Positions 1 to 10,576 of a stretch of 64,000 nucleotides of DNA are shown piece by piece (the stretch's first letter is position 1; each line of letters starts with the position of its first letter). The stretch covers positions 1,280,001 to 1,344,000 of the forward strand of contig CBDCWC010000003.1 of the NCBI GenBank assembly GCA_965223295.1, in the 5' to 3' direction. The notes beneath the pieces are model-generated. The model saw only the letters and a list, made by a program, of their open reading frames with translations, ran no database searches and was not told where the DNA came from. A program made the position numbers and the translations under genes. Origin of the DNA: Nitrospirales bacterium (lineage in GTDB: Bacteria; Nitrospirota; Nitrospiria; Nitrospirales; UBA8639).

Positions 1-2
1 CG

Positions 3-944
3 ATGAAAAAGATGAAATATCGAGCAGAGTATGGTTATTCGGGACAGAATATGGGAAATGCCTCATCGCTAGCGCCCAATGATCACGTCGGGGGAAAATT
101 CTTTTGGGAATGGCAGCTTCCTTTGGTGACGCCCAAGGTGGAGCTGAGCCGATTTACAAGCAATGTAGATCACGACCCAACTCGTCATCAAACGATTTCT
201 ACAAGGCAATTCTATTCCCTGGATTGGACTATCCCTGATTGGCCGAGTGTGACTCTAAGCTATAGTCGGGAACAGAAAAGTATTTTTAGTCGTTCAGCAG
301 GGGCTCGTTCAGATGCCACTTTTACGAAACGTGTGATGGGAAAGATTGGATTCGAACTTCCACGTGGAAAGGGAGTGTGGACATCACGCTATACAACTTT
401 CCAGAATGACATTCACAATCAGGGAACGTTGCAGGAGCTTCATTCAAGATTGAAGGGAATCTTTTCACTTGTCACACCTGTTGATATCACCCCAATCATA
501 GGATTTACCCAACATACCAATAGCAAACAGGGGTTTTCTCAAGAGCGTCTCTTCGCGAACTTGGGGACGGTTGTTCGCTTTTCAACCCATCAGTCGCTGC
601 GCCCCAGCTTTCAATGGACTCGTCTCGATAATCGGAGTCACACATCAACATCCAATACAGTCCTTCTGAAAATGCGATATTCATATAGGCCACCACAACC
701 TGGGTTCCAGGTCTCGATCCGGGGTCATTATGTTCTTGCACAAGAATCCTATTCCCAGCAACAGACTCAAGCCTATGAAATGTCACTGTTTGTGAAAAAG
801 GATATCCGTGATCTGCTGAATCTTCCGCATCAGCAGCAGTATATCAGTCTTAAGCTTGCTCACAATCAACAGGTCAATCCCTTGCCTTCACAGCCGCAGC
901 AAACGAGTTCAACGGCGATGTTGCTGTTGAATATCATGTCTTAA
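3..944 (+). CDS. Hypothetical protein, probably 5'-truncated by the window; possible outer-membrane beta-barrel
   Basis: 313-aa ORF at the window edge with alternating hydrophobic/aromatic beta-strand-like segments; no family recognised. Confidence 0.55.
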   Translation: MKKMKYRAEYGYSGQNMGNASSLAPNDHVGGKFFWEWQLPLVTPKVELSRFTSNVDHDPTRHQTISTRQFYSLDWTIPDWPSVTLSYSREQKSIFSRSAGARSDATFTKRVMGKIGFELPRGKGVWTSRYTTFQNDIHNQGTLQELHSRLKGIFSLVTPVDITPIIGFTQHTNSKQGFSQERLFANLGTVVRFSTHQSLRPSFQWTRLDNRSHTSTSNTVLLKMRYSYRPPQPGFQVSIRGHYVLAQESYSQQQTQAYEMSLFVKKDIRDLLNLPHQQQYISLKLAHNQQVNPLPSQPQQTSSTAMLLLNIMS

Positions 945-1060
945 AGCCCCCTCCTGCGGTTTTTCGATTAACAGGGGACAGGAGTTGCATAATGTTTTTT
1001 CTCTTTTGAGTTGTTGAAAAATCTCTCTGTGCATCAGGTGTCTCTGTTTGCATACCAACA

Positions 1061-1465
1061 TTACAACTTGTCGCGTAATCCTCGTAACACAATATCGCGA
1101 TAACTTACTACACCAATCAGAGAACGATTTTCGATCACCGGTGCCAGGGTCAGGCCAAACCGTTCGAACAAGCGGGCACAATAGCGAATATCCATATCTG
1201 GATCGACTGAAACGACGGGTTTACTCATGATCTCATATACATTGACACGATCGGCCGCTTTATCAGCTCCTAACACTTTCTTGGCAATATCAGCTAAGAG
1301 CACGATCCCATATTCATCATTTTCGTTCCGCCGTTCAACGAGCAGACATTCTGTGTCTAAATGTTGGGCTTGTCGAAGGGCATCCGCCACGGTTTCAATG
1401 CCGTGAATGAGATCAAACTGAGTCTTCATGACATCTTTGACTCGGACTAGTTCAGTGTGTTTCAT
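1061..1465 (-). CDS. CBS domain-containing protein
   Basis: Tandem CBS motifs (VKDVMK...YGIV; VYEIMSKPVVSV...IGVVS..DI); overlaps the upstream P-II-like gene by 4 bp. Confidence 0.9.
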   Translation of the reverse strand: MKHTELVRVKDVMKTQFDLIHGIETVADALRQAQHLDTECLLVERRNENDEYGIVLLADIAKKVLGADKAADRVNVYEIMSKPVVSVDPDMDIRYCARLFERFGLTLAPVIENRSLIGVVSYRDIVLRGLRDKL

Positions 1466-1812
1466 AGCTCTTCCTCCACTACATCTTTGAGTTTTGCCAT
1501 TTGATGGGCCACTCCTACGGCATCTTCGACATCTATTTGAAACGCGATGCCAGTTCCCGGTTTGGCATCAAATTCTCCGACCCCCGCAATCGATTCCAGA
1601 ATTTCCCGCGACAAATGTTCTTCCACCAAGAAGAGAACCACATCCCGTTGGGCTTCCAGGTTGAGTCCAAAAAAAGTTTTTCGGACCTCTACTCCTTCGC
1701 CATGTGCGCTGGTGATCACAGTTTCTCCAGTCGCGCCCTTTTCCCGTGCTGCATGCACGACGGCCTTGGTCTTATCGCCTTGGATAAATGCGCAGATCAA
1801 TTTAAAATGCAT
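1462..1812 (-). CDS. P-II family (non-canonical) regulatory protein
   Basis: MHFKLICAFI...GATG.T...G.G and PGTGIAFQIDVE motifs; ATG at 1812 preferred over the ORF-track start at 1854. Confidence 0.85.
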   Translation of the reverse strand: MHFKLICAFIQGDKTKAVVHAAREKGATGETVITSAHGEGVEVRKTFFGLNLEAQRDVVLFLVEEHLSREILESIAGVGEFDAKPGTGIAFQIDVEDAVGVAHQMAKLKDVVEEEL

Positions 1813-1835
1813 AACAGAGCTCCCGGCAAAAATGT

Positions 1836-2600
1836 CTAAGGTTTGGCCCACCAAGCAGAGATTTGTGCGTAGGCCATGACGGCAATAATCGGAAACAGAC
1901 TCGCAAATGCAATAAGTCCAAATCCATCAAATACTGGGTTACGTCCTGGCACAGTACTAGCTAACCCCAGTCCTAAAGCGGCCACCAAAGGAACGGTGAC
2001 GGTGGAAGTGGTGACCCCCCCAGAATCATAAGCCAAAGGAATAATCATTCGAGGAGCAAACACAGTTTGTACGAGAACGACTACATACCCAGCAATGATG
2101 TACCAATGCAAAGGAGTCCCAGTGATGATGCGATAGGTACCCAACATGATTCCTAGTGCGACACCAATGGCTACGGCTATGCGCAAGCCCCAGATCCCGA
2201 TGGCTCCACCGGAAACTTGGTTCGCCTTCATCGCAACGGCAAGTAATGACGGCTCAGCAATTGTCGTAGAAAACCCGATAGCTAACGCAAAGGCATAGAC
2301 CCAATAGTAAGCGCTCCAATCAATGTCGTTCACAACTTCTTCGGCATGCTGGGTACCCGTTAAGAATTCAGGTGCCGTTAATTGCTGTGCCATAAGTTTT
2401 CCAATAGGGAATAAGGCCATCTCCAGTCCTTGGATGAAAAACACGAGTCCTATTAAGACGTACATAAAACCAAACAGGACCCGTTCTAAATTGGGGATAG
2501 GCCGACGCAGTACAATGACTTGAAAAAAAAGAATGATCAATGCGATTGGGAGCACATCGGCGACTGTTGCCCCTAATGTCTGAAGAAGGTTCTCTTGCAT
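1836..2600 (-). CDS. DUF1538 family membrane protein
   Basis: Multi-TM protein with [21 protein letters not shown] and [11 protein letters not shown] motifs. Confidence 0.88.
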   Translation of the reverse strand: MQENLLQTLGATVADVLPIALIILFFQVIVLRRPIPNLERVLFGFMYVLIGLVFFIQGLEMALFPIGKLMAQQLTAPEFLTGTQHAEEVVNDIDWSAYYWVYAFALAIGFSTTIAEPSLLAVAMKANQVSGGAIGIWGLRIAVAIGVALGIMLGTYRIITGTPLHWYIIAGYVVVLVQTVFAPRMIIPLAYDSGGVTTSTVTVPLVAALGLGLASTVPGRNPVFDGFGLIAFASLFPIIAVMAYAQISAWWAKP

Positions 2601-2603
2601 ATC

Positions 2604-3332
2604 TTATCCCATCATCCCGTAGGCCATCACAAAGATCATAGGGGTTAATGACGCAAAAGCAATTAATCCAAATCCGTCAATCATCGGATTTCGTCCGTGA
2701 ATGGAAGAGGCCAACCCCACCCCGAGGGCTGTAACAAGCGGCACTGTCACAGTGGAGGTCGTCACTCCACCTGAATCATAGGCAATTCCAATTATTTCGG
2801 GAGGCGCAAAGACAGTCATAATCATAACACCTAGATATCCACCAATGATTAAATATTGCACAGGCCATCCACGAACAATTCGTAAAACGCCTATCACGAT
2901 GGCAAAACCCACCGATAGTGCCACAGTCAAACGCAAACCAAAGGCATAATTCGCGCGAGCTTGGTTTGTTCTTTCGATCACGTGTCCTTCTGCTGCAATA
3001 TGGGCTGCTTCTTTGGCCACTGCAATTAAGGCGGGTTCTGCAACTGTCGTCCCAAACCCCAGTGCGAACGCAAAAAGCAATAACCAGGTTAAACTGCCTT
3101 TTCTGGCAAAGGCATAGGCCAATGTTTCCCCCAGAGGGAATAATCCCATTTCTAACCCATGAACGAAGAGAGTGAGTCCAATGAGGACAAATAGTGACCC
3201 TGTCAGAATTTCGAATACATTAGGGATAGGTTGTTGTAAAACGACAAATTGAAAAAACCCAATCACTACAACAATAGGCAGAAGATCGAAAAAGGCACCT
3301 TTCAGCGTTTTCAAAAGAATAGACGGCATCAA
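2604..3332 (-). CDS. DUF1538 family membrane protein (paralog)
   Basis: Same TTVAEP / [15 protein letters not shown] / [11 protein letters not shown] motifs as its neighbour. Confidence 0.88.
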   Translation of the reverse strand: MMPSILLKTLKGAFFDLLPIVVVIGFFQFVVLQQPIPNVFEILTGSLFVLIGLTLFVHGLEMGLFPLGETLAYAFARKGSLTWLLLFAFALGFGTTVAEPALIAVAKEAAHIAAEGHVIERTNQARANYAFGLRLTVALSVGFAIVIGVLRIVRGWPVQYLIIGGYLGVMIMTVFAPPEIIGIAYDSGGVTTSTVTVPLVTALGVGLASSIHGRNPMIDGFGLIAFASLTPMIFVMAYGMMG

Positions 3333-3473
3333 ATAGGTATTTAGATTGGAATGGAGTCAATTACGACAGACAGACCAAAAATAGCAAGGAAAAATCCTAA
3401 AGACAAAAACGATGACCGATAGAGAAGTATTGAAGCGACAACAAAGGAAAGATGACGAACAGCAATCCAGGAT

Positions 3474-4097
3474 CTAGGCCCTTTTGTCCTGAAACAACCA
3501 GGGTGCTTCTTGGCTTCGCCGTAACTCATACGCAGAAATGGCCGCTTCTCGTTGGAGCGTCAGGCCAATTCCATCTAACCCTTTCATCATGCAATCCTTA
3601 CGGAAGGAATCTACCGTGAATGCATAGCGTTCTCCCTCAGGGAGCAGCACCACTTGTTGAGGCAAGTCTACTGTCACTTGATAGCGCTCATGGGTCCCTG
3701 TTCGATCGAAAAGGGTTTGAATATCTGGTGGAGATAAAACCACAGGAAGGATGCCATTTTGGAAGCAATTATTATAAAAAATATCGGCAAAGCTGGGCGC
3801 TAGAATACATCGAATGCCATAGTCTAATAAAGCCCAAGGGGCATGTTCTCGTGAAGATCCACAACCAAAATTATCTCGAGTGAGTAGGATTGACGCATCT
3901 TGATATCTTAGTTGATTGGAGAAAAAGTCTGGATCGGGCGATCCATCGGGCTGTTGCCGCCAATCTGCAAAGAGCCCTTCTTTCAGCCCCGTCCGGTGAA
4001 TCGTCTTCAAATATTGTTTTGGAATAATTTGATCCGTATCGACATCACTTCGATTTAAGGGAGCAATGGTCCCCGTCAGGGTTGTAAAAGCTTGCAT
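3474..4097 (-). CDS. leuD: 3-isopropylmalate dehydratase small subunit
   Basis: DVDTDQIIPKQYL and NFGCGSSREHAPWAL motifs; downstream of leuC. Confidence 0.97.
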   Translation of the reverse strand: MQAFTTLTGTIAPLNRSDVDTDQIIPKQYLKTIHRTGLKEGLFADWRQQPDGSPDPDFFSNQLRYQDASILLTRDNFGCGSSREHAPWALLDYGIRCILAPSFADIFYNNCFQNGILPVVLSPPDIQTLFDRTGTHERYQVTVDLPQQVVLLPEGERYAFTVDSFRKDCMMKGLDGIGLTLQREAAISAYELRRSQEAPWLFQDKRA

Positions 4098-4174
4098 GGG
4101 TTCTCCAAATTTCTCATTAAGCGAATAGTGAGAGACACAAAAGTAGTCGCCTGACTACCTCAGATATTTACATG

Positions 4175-5575
4175 TTACCAGTCACGAATATCCACAAAAT
4201 GGCCCTTTACGGCTGCTGCGACGGCCATTGCAGGTGAAACTAAATGGGTGCGCCCCCCTTTGCCCTGGCGTCCTTCAAAATTTCGATTACTCGTTGACGC
4301 ACAACGTTCGCCCGGCGTCAGCACATCAGCATTCATCGCCAAGCACATGCTGCAGCCAGGCTCTCGCCACTCAAACCCTGCAGCCCGGAAAACCTGATCG
4401 AGCCCTTCTTCTTCGGCTTGTTGCTTCACCAAACCCGATCCAGGCACCACTATGGCTTTGACGCTAGAAGCCACCCGCCTGCCTTCGGCATACTTGGCGG
4501 CCACGCGCAAATCTTCAATTCTTGAGTTGGTGCACGACCCAATAAATACTCGGTCAACGCGGATGTCACTGATGGGAATTCCAGCAGGAAGCCCCATGTA
4601 TTCTAAGGCGCGTTCAGTGGCTAGCCGAAGCTTATCATCATGGATGGATGTTGGATCGGGAACTGTACCATTGACTTCGGTAACCATCCCAGGGTTAGTG
4701 CCCCAGGTAACCTGAGGCGGGATATCCTCACCTCGCAAGTCCACGACGTGATCAAATTGGGCTCCCGGATCTGTCCGTAGCTTCAACCAATCCTGTTTGG
4801 CCTGTTCGAATAGCTCTCCTTGGGGACAGAGAGGCCGCCCTGCGACATATTTCATTGTTTTTTCATCGGGACCTACTAATCCAGCTCGTGCTCCACCCTC
4901 AATAGACATATTGCAGAGCGTCATGCGGCCTTCCATGGAGAGTGCCCGGATGACCGAACCAGTATATTCCACCACATGGCCAATTCCTCCGCCAATTCCA
5001 ATGTGTCCAATGATGGCAAGTATCACATCTTTGGATGAACAATAATCGGGAAGAACGCCTTCCACTCGAATTTCCATGGTTTTCGGACGTTTCTGAACCA
5101 GGCATTGTGTCGCCAAAACATGTTCCACTTCGGAGGTTCCGATACCAAAAGCCAACGCTCCAAAGGCTCCATGGGTTGAAGTATGAGAATCACCACAGAC
5201 AATTGTCATCCCCGGTAGGGTGAATCCCTGTTCTGGTCCAATGACATGAACAATACCTTGTCGAATGTCCTGCATGCCATAATAGCGAATCCCAAAATCA
5301 GAGCAATTTTTCTCTAATGTCGCTATTTGCAATGCACTCATAGGATCGGCGATTCCTTGTGTCCGATCAGTAGTCGGAACATTATGATCCGGCACAGCAA
5401 GTACGGCCTGAGGTCGTCGTGGCTCACGACCTGCTAGCCGAAGGCCTTCAAAGGCCTGAGGGGATGTCACTTCATGCACCAAATGCCGATCGATATAAAG
5501 CAGCGTGGTCCCGTCCGGCTCTTCATGAACCACATGCTGATCCCAAATTTTTTGAAATAAAGTTTGACGTCCCAT
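4175..5575 (-). CDS. leuC: 3-isopropylmalate dehydratase large subunit
   Basis: [19 protein letters not shown] and CSMCLAMN motifs; start reassigned to ATG 5575 ([11 protein letters not shown]) behind a GAGGAAG RBS-like sequence. Confidence 0.97.
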   Translation of the reverse strand: MGRQTLFQKIWDQHVVHEEPDGTTLLYIDRHLVHEVTSPQAFEGLRLAGREPRRPQAVLAVPDHNVPTTDRTQGIADPMSALQIATLEKNCSDFGIRYYGMQDIRQGIVHVIGPEQGFTLPGMTIVCGDSHTSTHGAFGALAFGIGTSEVEHVLATQCLVQKRPKTMEIRVEGVLPDYCSSKDVILAIIGHIGIGGGIGHVVEYTGSVIRALSMEGRMTLCNMSIEGGARAGLVGPDEKTMKYVAGRPLCPQGELFEQAKQDWLKLRTDPGAQFDHVVDLRGEDIPPQVTWGTNPGMVTEVNGTVPDPTSIHDDKLRLATERALEYMGLPAGIPISDIRVDRVFIGSCTNSRIEDLRVAAKYAEGRRVASSVKAIVVPGSGLVKQQAEEEGLDQVFRAAGFEWREPGCSMCLAMNADVLTPGERCASTSNRNFEGRQGKGGRTHLVSPAMAVAAAVKGHFVDIRDW

Positions 5576-6004
5576 TATATTCTTCCTCTCTTCAGAATAG
5601 ATGCAGTAGTATGTATCGTCTTTATCTTCCAACTGGCAAGAGCCATCATCATATTTGTCATACTTCTCCCTGACTCTCATTCCTCTTTGTGGTCTTTTGA
5701 GTCTTCTGATATACTGGACCTCTAACGCTTCGCGAGTGTCCACCACACGGTTTTAGTTGGCAAAAAAAGCCATACTGCCCATTCAATCGAAAGCGACGGC
5801 TCGTCTCATCCTACCCCTGAACCAATTCTATGGTTTTCTGCCCAGGTGTGAAACAACGACGGTACGTCGGCGAAGGCCATGACGTTCAGATATTTCCAGA
5901 GAAGAGTAGGGTGACGATTTGCCATAAATGCCTGCCTAGCTCAGCAACAATGTCTTTATCTTGCACAATCGGGTTAAGCAAAGACTTCTAAATAACGTTC
6001 AAGC

Positions 6005-7042
6005 ATGTTGAATCTTCTCCGTCGATACTTGTCCCACGATATCGCAATCGACCTCGGCACAGCCTCGACCCTCATTTTTATTAAGGGACAAGGTATCGTT
6101 CTGAATGAACCGTCCGTCGTGACGATTGAGGCGCATTCTAAGAAAATTTTAGCAGTTGGGGAAGAGGCCAAAAAAATGGTTGGGCGGACTCCGGGAAATC
6201 TGACCTCTATCCGTCCCATGCGGGAAGGCGTCATCGCCGATTTCGATATGGCCGAACAGATGCTCCGATATTTTATTCAGAAAATTCACCCAAAAGGCAC
6301 GCTTCTTCGTCCTCGTATTATCATTGGAGTTCCGTCACGCATTACCCAAGTCGAACAACGGGCAGTCAAAGAATCGGCTGAACTGGCGGGAGCTCGAGAA
6401 GTGTACCTAATCCAAGAGCCGGTGGCCGCAGCTATTGGGGCCGGACTTCCTATTACGGAGCCTTCAGGAAATATGGTCGTTGATATTGGCGGAGGGACCA
6501 CAGATATTGCGGTGATCTCTCTAGGCGGCATTGTCTACAGTGAATCAGTGCGTATCGCAGGCGACCAAATCGATGGGGCGATCATGAGTCATTTGAAACG
6601 CGAATATAGCTTGTTGATTGGTGACCATATGGCGGAACGAATAAAAATTGAGATTGGTTCCGCTTGTCCTCTTCCTGAGAAAAAGCAAATGGCGGTCAAA
6701 GGACGAGACCTTGTTTCCGGGATTCCTCGCACCATTTTTATTGATGACACAGAAATTCGAGAAGCCTTGCATGAATGCATTGGGACGATTGTGGGAGCCG
6801 TACGATTGGCGCTCGAACATACTCCGCCAGAATTGGCGGGAGACATCATCGATCGAGGAATTGTGCTGACCGGCGGCGGGTCGCTGCTTCAGGGGTTAGA
6901 CGAGCGGTTACGTGAAGAAACAGCTTTGCCTATCGTCACCGTCGACGATCCCTTATGCTCTGTCGTACTGGGCGTGGGAAAAACATTGGAGGAACTCAGT
7001 CTGCTACGTAAAGTTTCAACGCATTCTCTTTTGAATTCCTAA
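6005..7042 (+). CDS. mreB: Rod shape-determining actin-like protein MreB
   Basis: IAIDLGTA, DIGGGTTD and LTGGG actin-fold motifs. Confidence 0.97.
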   Translation: MLNLLRRYLSHDIAIDLGTASTLIFIKGQGIVLNEPSVVTIEAHSKKILAVGEEAKKMVGRTPGNLTSIRPMREGVIADFDMAEQMLRYFIQKIHPKGTLLRPRIIIGVPSRITQVEQRAVKESAELAGAREVYLIQEPVAAAIGAGLPITEPSGNMVVDIGGGTTDIAVISLGGIVYSESVRIAGDQIDGAIMSHLKREYSLLIGDHMAERIKIEIGSACPLPEKKQMAVKGRDLVSGIPRTIFIDDTEIREALHECIGTIVGAVRLALEHTPPELAGDIIDRGIVLTGGGSLLQGLDERLREETALPIVTVDDPLCSVVLGVGKTLEELSLLRKVSTHSLLNS

Positions 7043-7047
7043 AGAGC

Positions 7048-7956
7048 GTGATCGTCATGCTTCGTTCTGAGAATAGCTCACTTCCCATTTCGAAGGGCCT
7101 CCGGCGCCTACTCGTTGGAGCTTTCATCCTCGTATTGTCTCTCCTGCTTTTTTTACCACGGCAATCACAAGAATGGTTTGGTCATGTAGGGGGGCCAATC
7201 GCCATGATTCTGGAAGTTCCTTTACAGGGTCTCGCCTCTATACAGGATTCCATTGGAGAAACCTGGGAACGTTATGTTGCCCTTCAAGAGGTATGGGAGG
7301 AAAATCAAAGTCTCAAACAACAGATTCAACAATTACAGGGGGAGCAGAATCGTCTTCGTGAACAAGCTATTCTTTTTCAGGAATTCCAAAAACTCTCAAA
7401 CTACCAAGAGACAGTTCCCATGACGACCGTACCCGCCAGAATTATCGGGCGGAATGTCTCCAATTGGTATCGAGCGATAGTTATTGATAAGGGGGCGCTG
7501 GATGGGATTCATGCGGAAATGGGAGTCATTACGCATGCAGGGGTGGTTGGGCGAGTGGTTCGGGTGAATCCAACTACTTCGATTGTTCTCTTGCTGTCCG
7601 ATCCCAATGTGGCGATTACTGGTATGGTGCAGTCCAGTAGGGACGAGGGCATTATACAAGGAACTCCACAAGGAAGTATTCAGATGAAATATCTGCCCCC
7701 GCTCTCACCGGTTCAAGTTGGGGATGTCGTTGTGACTTCAGGTCTCACCGATGACTTTCCCCGGGGCCTCCAGATTGGCCAGATTCAACAGGTCACCAAA
7801 GCCGCGACTGATCTCTTTCAATCTGGAGAGATTACCCCCATTGTTGATCTTTCAAAGCTCGAAGGGGTCTTGGTCATTACCTCGTTTCGGCCAATGATTT
7901 CTCCAGAATCTTCCTCGTCTGAAGACCCACTTCCTGTTCCTTTAAGAGTGCCATGA
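7048..7956 (+). CDS. mreC: Rod shape-determining protein MreC
   Basis: N-terminal TM, coiled coil, IDKG..DGI and VVTSG...FPRG motifs; follows mreB. Confidence 0.93.
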   Translation: MIVMLRSENSSLPISKGLRRLLVGAFILVLSLLLFLPRQSQEWFGHVGGPIAMILEVPLQGLASIQDSIGETWERYVALQEVWEENQSLKQQIQQLQGEQNRLREQAILFQEFQKLSNYQETVPMTTVPARIIGRNVSNWYRAIVIDKGALDGIHAEMGVITHAGVVGRVVRVNPTTSIVLLLSDPNVAITGMVQSSRDEGIIQGTPQGSIQMKYLPPLSPVQVGDVVVTSGLTDDFPRGLQIGQIQQVTKAATDLFQSGEITPIVDLSKLEGVLVITSFRPMISPESSSSEDPLPVPLRVP

Positions 7957-8450
7957 TCGTTGTTTGGCACCTGCTGCTATGCATAGGAACGGTTTTGGCT
8001 CAGGCTACACTGAGTTCCATGCTATCGGTCAACGGCATTTATCCAGATTTGTGTTTGGTAGTAGCCTGTATCGTTGGATTTCTGAGCCATGAATATAAAG
8101 GAGGGATGGTCGGACTTCTTGTGGGTCTGCTGCAGGATCTTCTAGCTCCCGGCAGTATTGGCCTCAATACCATTCTCAAAGGTTTAGCAGGAACGTTGGC
8201 TGGTGTGACAACCCATACCGTTTCCACGGTGACAGGTTCAGCAGTTCTTGTCGTCACCTTTGCGTTGTCCATGGGATGTGGATTGGCTTCCCTTATCGTG
8301 ACCTATCCAGCCCTGAATGGCTCAGAGGTCATTCAGGCCATTGTAGGGACGTTACTCCCACAGGCTTTGTATAACAGTCTTCTTGCAGTAGGAATTTTTT
8401 GGCTTATTCACAAAATTCAACGTTCATTTGGTGTGATACACTTTGCATAA
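7953..8450 (+). CDS. mreD: Rod shape-determining protein MreD
   Basis: Hydrophobic, PDL...GLLQD motif; overlaps the mreC stop. Confidence 0.85.
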   Translation: MIVVWHLLLCIGTVLAQATLSSMLSVNGIYPDLCLVVACIVGFLSHEYKGGMVGLLVGLLQDLLAPGSIGLNTILKGLAGTLAGVTTHTVSTVTGSAVLVVTFALSMGCGLASLIVTYPALNGSEVIQAIVGTLLPQALYNSLLAVGIFWLIHKIQRSFGVIHFA

Positions 8451-8451
8451 G

Positions 8452-8641
8452 GGGAGTGTTGAGTAATGAAGACATCAAAGGCCATATTTCGTCAGGGATC
8501 CTTTGTCGATCAACAGCGTCGGGTCGGTTCAAAAAAGTCCGTCCAGCAAGGCCGCAGCCCTTTTTGCGCGCGGAGCGTCCTGGCATGACAGAGCATGGGC
8601 AAATAGCGAGAACGCCGCTGGCGGCTTTTTTCAATAGATCT
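8452..8641 (+). mobile_element. MITE family A, full-length copy (190 bp)
   Basis: Ends GGGAGTGTTGAG...TTCAATAGATCT; flanks ATAAG/TTAAG (4/5 match); homologous to copies elsewhere in the window. Confidence 0.85.
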
Positions 8642-8710
8642 TTAAGGATATCTTGAACGGACATCATCGTGTGACAACATTCTCCAACATCCCGAAGTAT
8701 CCATATCTTC

Positions 8711-10537
8711 ATGTTTGATTCAACTCATCAAGCGAACGAACTGGCTGACATTCAGAGCCGATTAATCTTTGTGAAGGTTGGCTTATTGTTAATTTTAGTC
8801 CTTTTAGGATTACGTCTCTGGCAGTTACAGATTCGTGATGGGGCCTATTATCAGGAACTTGCGCGAGATAATAGAACACGATCCATTGTACTCGAGCCCG
8901 CACGAGGTCTTCTGTATGACCGAAATGGCCAACTTCTTGCCAACAATATTCCAAGTTTTCAACTCTATGTCTCGTTGGAGGATGTGCAAGACCGCGAAGA
9001 ACTCATTACCCGATTACCACAGTATGTCGATGTGAATATCCAAACGGTTGCCAAGAGACTCGCTTCAAAAAGGCGACGAGGACGGGTGAAGATCAAGAAC
9101 GGCCTCACACTCAAAGAAGCCGCATTAATTGAATCCCATCGGCTGGAATTGCCCGGGGTTGTGATTCAACCTGAATATCAGCGTCATTATCCACTTGGCA
9201 ATTATGCTTCCCATGTCATTGGCTACGTGGGGGAAATTTCTGAAAACCAATTGAAAGATTCAGAATTTTCAGACCTGCAGGCAGGCCGCATGATCGGTCA
9301 ATATGGCGTAGAGCGCACATTTGATGCTCACTTATTAGGTGATCCCGGCCGCAAAGTCATTGAAGTTGATGCATTTGGGTACCCTAAGCGATCCCTATCG
9401 ATTAGGGCTCCCTTAGCCGGAAACGATCTCTATCTCACGTTAGATATTCGTCTTCAGCGCTTGGCTGAAGATCTTTTGGGAGAAGAATCCGGAGCCATTG
9501 TGGCTTTGGACCCCTGGAATGGCGATGTGTTGGCCTTAGCCAGTCAACCCGGCTTTAACCCCAATGACTTGTCAGGAGGCATCAGTCCCAAAGCCTGGCA
9601 ACAATTGCTCCAAGATTCTCGGCATCCTCTCACGAATCGAGCGATCCAAGGACGGTATCCACCTGGGTCAACATTTAAGATCGTGATGGCCGCTGCCCTT
9701 TTAGGCACTCAAACCATGCGGGCAAATGATTCTCTCGGATGTAAAGGGGCCTTCCCTTTTGGCAAACGGGTGTTTCGTGATTGGAAACGTGCTGGCCATG
9801 GCGCTGTTGATTTAACCAAAGCCATTGCCGAATCTTGCGATGTGTATTTTTATAAAGTCGGCAATCAATTGGGGATTGATCCCATTGCCAACTATTCTCG
9901 GCAATTTGGATTAGGTGCCAAGACAGGTATTCCCTTGCCTTCGGAGCAATCAGGTCTCGTGCCTTCACGGGAATGGAAGAAAAAGAATCGAGGTGAGCCA
10001 TGGTATCCGGGCGAAACCATTTCCATTGCTATCGGACAAGGTTTTTTGTCGGTCACCCCCATTCAGATGGCCAAAGTGGTTTCCATCGTGGCAACCGATG
10101 GACAAGTCGTCCAACCTCGGCTACTCAAAGGGGTTCGACTTAGAAGGACAGGAAACCTCAAAGAAGAGCCGTTATCCACAGGCCAGCCGCTGTCCTTATC
10201 ACCTGACATATTTTCTGAAATTAAGAAAGGCTTAGCGGCTGTCGTGAAAAAGGGCACGGCAAAACAAGCTCAGTCAGATATTGTGAGCATTGCCGGCAAA
10301 ACAGGAACCGCGCAAGTTGTCGCATTGAAAGATGATCATGATAAATCAGAAGTCACCAAAAAACATCGTGACCATGCCTGGTTTGTCGCGTTTGCCCCTC
10401 TGGAACAGCCAAAGATTGCGATTGCAGTCCTTGTTGAACATATGGGGCATGGCGGGTCAGCCGCCGCCCCATTGGCGAAAACGTTAATTGAAGCCTATAT
10501 TATGAATGAGCAATCTCAAGCCAGTGATTCGTTGTAA
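8711..10537 (+). CDS. mrdA: Penicillin-binding protein 2
   Basis: PPGSTFK, S.D and KTGTAQ motifs; N-terminal TM; lies in the mre cluster. Confidence 0.96.
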   Translation: MFDSTHQANELADIQSRLIFVKVGLLLILVLLGLRLWQLQIRDGAYYQELARDNRTRSIVLEPARGLLYDRNGQLLANNIPSFQLYVSLEDVQDREELITRLPQYVDVNIQTVAKRLASKRRRGRVKIKNGLTLKEAALIESHRLELPGVVIQPEYQRHYPLGNYASHVIGYVGEISENQLKDSEFSDLQAGRMIGQYGVERTFDAHLLGDPGRKVIEVDAFGYPKRSLSIRAPLAGNDLYLTLDIRLQRLAEDLLGEESGAIVALDPWNGDVLALASQPGFNPNDLSGGISPKAWQQLLQDSRHPLTNRAIQGRYPPGSTFKIVMAAALLGTQTMRANDSLGCKGAFPFGKRVFRDWKRAGHGAVDLTKAIAESCDVYFYKVGNQLGIDPIANYSRQFGLGAKTGIPLPSEQSGLVPSREWKKKNRGEPWYPGETISIAIGQGFLSVTPIQMAKVVSIVATDGQVVQPRLLKGVRLRRTGNLKEEPLSTGQPLSLSPDIFSEIKKGLAAVVKKGTAKQAQSDIVSIAGKTGTAQVVALKDDHDKSEVTKKHRDHAWFVAFAPLEQPKIAIAVLVEHMGHGGSAAAPLAKTLIEAYIMNEQSQASDSL

Positions 10538-10576
10538 GAACTCGCCTCTCATCCAAGTGTCCCTATCAGGTGACCC

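Noticed and set aside
5576-5990. leuC N-terminal extension or a leucine attenuator leader peptide
   Set aside because: LeuC homology starts at 5575; the upstream 39-codon ORF is not Leu-rich and no convincing terminator/antiterminator pair was seen
8399-8712. Short ORFs containing LLKKAASGVLAI / GRSHF.ARS-type peptides (also near 17352, 26317, 41761, 51783, 53229)
   Set aside because: These are chance translations of MITE-A copies, not genes
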